Shown: piece after piece, positions 26,701-27,773 of the stretch
Layout of the letters: every line of letters starts with the position of its first letter
How positions within the stretch are numbered: position 1 is the stretch's first letter
Source of the DNA: Puniceicoccales bacterium
GTDB taxonomy: Bacteria > Verrucomicrobiota > Verrucomicrobiia > Opitutales > JAIRKQ01
Length of the DNA: 27,773 nt
Assembly: GCA_031257495.1 (NCBI GenBank)
Contig: JAIRON010000021.1
Coordinates: 1-27,773, forward strand
Direction of reading: 5' to 3'
Notes under the pieces: model-generated
Database searches by the model: none
Told to the model about the DNA's origin: nothing
Seen by the model: the letters and a program-made list of their open reading frames with translations, nothing else
Translations under genes and position numbers: made by a program

Positions 26701-26907
26701 TACGCTGGCCGCCTAATAGACGAATGCGGGTTAAAGGGGTATCGCTGTGGTGATGCGGTTATTTCCGAGAAACATGCCAATTTTTTGATGAACGTGAGAA
26801 AAGCATCAGCGAAAGATGTGGAGCATGTTATTGACAATGTGCGCTATGAAGTCTTTGATAGGTTCAATGTGTTTTTGGAAACAGAAGTCCTGTTACTGAG
26901 AAAATGA
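23743..26907 (+). CDS. murG/murC/murB: Tri-functional fusion: MurG glycosyltransferase + MurC UDP-MurNAc--L-Ala ligase + MurB UDP-GlcNAc-enolpyruvate reductase
   Basis: One uninterrupted frame; the ORF track starts at TTG 23734, but ATG 23743 is preferred because it lies 1 nt after the ftsW stop. MurG spans nt ~23743-24700: CGGTGGHIAPGIAVAE, GFGGFTNVPIVLAA...VLHESN, LGGSQGA, ARAGSGTIFEA. MurC spans nt ~24787-26025: IHMIGVCGAGMAPLA, VGSHGKTS, AEIDESD, DYAHHPTE. MurB spans nt ~26074-26904: PLATKTTFG, GSGSNVVF, IPGTIGGALVMNAGAHG, GCIFKNP, SEKHANF. The linkers are ~29 and ~16 aa and contain no stop or frame change. Confidence 0.9.
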   Translation: MKKYAIVCGGTGGHIAPGIAVAERLFERNNECILVISKKEVDGVFLRKYSSIKSVAFSAAPFSKRPFKFLKFLFSQTFSFFTALFFLLKNKIDCVIGFGGFTNVPIVLAAFFLRRQIVLHESNRIIGKSVKLLSMFADTVYLPHEVKFRSKFLNKKVKNVTCPLRREIFKFSQSVARKRLGMSTESRLILILGGSQGAKILTNWAMENCENFNRRKVHLYCISGSHAPKNFEVNGNKFIPFCNDMNLLYNAADIIVARAGSGTIFEAMRCQKKMVLVPYKRAADEHQLANAKYAEKLGFATYVEEQEIDKLFGRVMQALESKNKPLPVTSHEIDPATVMIGDIDKPQNIHMIGVCGAGMAPLAIYLAEIGFNVYGWDDFPDLNVKDMLLRHRVIFMPNRVLPRKCDYVVVSSAINVKTDNLCLQAKELGLSIFKRGEFLAKIIKHKKLLAIVGSHGKTSVCARMAQILTSSDMPFDYIVGGFFKDSAVAPAKYNPGSEWVVAEIDESDCTIRNFSPEVTVALNYDDDHIVNYHGSERLKETFRDLFARTKSKVYITADDAVFVPMAALMPGKFSIMEGLPSNDFMDRNSQIADFVVGDFFAIERDGNIHFSGVKRRNDLMCEVDNLTFVQDYAHHPTEIRAILTYARSHYPNYKITAVFQPHRVSRTRQYFEEFARVLQGFDAVILVEIYCAFEERLGGVSSKLIYDRLKNGKKIFVENINNLGNELEKYCASLDRNRKHLILFVCAGDLLKYGRAFVDEYRASIAVKKLGADICSQDVPLATKTTFGCSSLAKMFTEPKNGEDLLKILHLCKDLNLDYVLLGSGSNVVFPDGIYSKIIIKFSGEYWRRIESLSEQCLRVYAGAKLNDIVATAWERGFSCLAFLEYIPGTIGGALVMNAGAHGHSISEFVSKVCVLNGDGKEKILSREECNFGYRSSGFERESIIVYVDLELKRTDETENNYKKIRQLTQPQGKTFGCIFKNPREDYAGRLIDECGLKGYRCGDAVISEKHANFLMNVRKASAKDVEHVIDNVRYEVFDRFNVFLETEVLLLRK

Positions 26908-27773
26908 GAGATGTTATAATTTTATCCGGTGGTGAACGCTCATCTGAGCGCGACGTTTCCCTGCGTTCAGGAAGGGCACTTTACGATTCGCTGTCGAAAA
27001 ATTTTAGGACGGAGCTGATTGTTTACGATAAGGATGAGCTGCCGAGCGTCGTTGTCGAGCGTCGCGACGCGATAATATTCCCCATAACGCTCGGTGAATT
27101 TGGCGAAGATGGGGGCTTGCAGGCCTTGATGGACAATGCAGGCCTATGCTACGTTGGTTCCGGTAGAGAGGCTAGCGCTCTGTGCATGGACAAATTTGCC
27201 ACCAAAGCCACCGTTGCAGAGAGGAGCGTTCCCGTTATCGATGGCGTGAAATTTTCCGTCAAAGGTGGCAAAGCGATGGACTTGAGCAAGGGGTTCCGTT
27301 TTACCGGTGATTGCGTTTTAAAACCAAACGATCGTGGTAGCAGCATTGGGGTAAAAAAGGTAGCTGGAGAAAATATCGATGCTGCACTTATCAATGCCCA
27401 TGACGGTGAATTTTTGCTCGAAAAAAATATTGTTGGCAAAGACTTGACAGTTGGGGTGTTGGATGGTCGGGCGTTGGAAGTTGTAGAAATCTTGCCGAAG
27501 CATGGCTTCCTTGACTACGACAGTAAATATACGGTAGGAGCAGCGGATAAAATTTGCCCTGCCCCCATTAGTCCCGGAGCAACAAAAAAAGTGAAAACGT
27601 ATGCCGAGACTGCGTACCGTGCCTGTGGTTGCCGCGATTGGGCTCGCGTCGATTTCATGATTAATGATTCCGGCGATGTGTTTTTTCTGGAAGTTAATAC
27701 GATCCCCGGTATGACCCAGACCAGCTTTTATCCCCTGAGTGCGCAAACGGCAGGAATTTCCTTCGATGATCTG
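26904..27773 (+). CDS. ddl: D-alanine--D-alanine ligase (3'-truncated by window end)
   Basis: Not in the ORF track because no stop is reached. ATG 26904 overlaps the fusion-gene stop (ATGA). Translation is MRDVIILSGGERSSERDVSLRSG...GEDGGLQALMD...CMDKFATK...VKPNDRGSSIGV...WARVDFMINDSGDVFFLEVNTIPGMT, and 290 codons stay open to nt 27773. The minus-strand ORFs 27149-27439 and 27318-27746 are shadows. Confidence 0.92.
   Translation, partial: MRDVIILSGGERSSERDVSLRSGRALYDSLSKNFRTELIVYDKDELPSVVVERRDAIIFPITLGEFGEDGGLQALMDNAGLCYVGSGREASALCMDKFATKATVAERSVPVIDGVKFSVKGGKAMDLSKGFRFTGDCVLKPNDRGSSIGVKKVAGENIDAALINAHDGEFLLEKNIVGKDLTVGVLDGRALEVVEILPKHGFLDYDSKYTVGAADKICPAPISPGATKKVKTYAETAYRACGCRDWARVDFMINDSGDVFFLEVNTIPGMTQTSFYPLSAQTAGISFDDL

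Noticed and set aside
1-27773. Scan for CRISPR arrays, rRNA, IS terminal inverted repeats, transposase/integrase, and phage or defence-system genes
   Set aside because: No regularly spaced 25-40-bp repeats, no rRNA signature blocks and no recognisable mobile-element or defence proteins were seen. The only tandem repeats are the LysM-coding units and short spacer motifs already listed.

Overview
This is an AT-rich (by eye roughly 40% G+C) bacterial chromosomal segment made up mostly of housekeeping genes. It uses the standard code: TAA, TAG and TGA each terminate clearly conserved genes. Gene order: an orphan coiled-coil protein (14-940, +; frame open to the window edge); a ~1 kb ORF-poor gap; sufC-sufB (+); dnaA (-); rsmA/ksgA (-); a two-gene orphan cassette (7260-8038, -) flanked by long AT-rich spacers; and tkt (+). 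tkt is followed 10 nt later by a 991-aa membrane-anchored AsmA/TamB-like protein, then rpmG, sufS (+), an FkbM-type methyltransferase (-) and ppdK (-). The window ends with a tightly packed cell-wall/division operon: mraY-murD-(LysM lipoprotein)-ftsW-(murG+murC+murB fused in one ~1054-codon frame)-ddl, with ddl cut by the window end. I found no rRNA, tRNA, CRISPR array, transposase or IS termini. The most unusual items are: (1) the three-domain MurG-MurC-MurB fusion; (2) a LysM-only lipoprotein with recently duplicated LysM modules in the murD/ftsW slot where Chlamydia carries nlpD; (3) an in-phase U UUU UUU slippery heptamer that joins a 72-aa orphan ORF to a 44-codon open -1 frame ending 3 nt before the next gene; and (4) a ~1 kb gap with no credible CDS, whose upstream end carries a phased A-tract array and a perfect TATAAT. 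The Mur fusion, the dcw gene order, the long spacers and the orphan coiled-coil proteins suggest a PVC-superphylum-like, possibly host-associated organism. That is inference only; no database search was possible.
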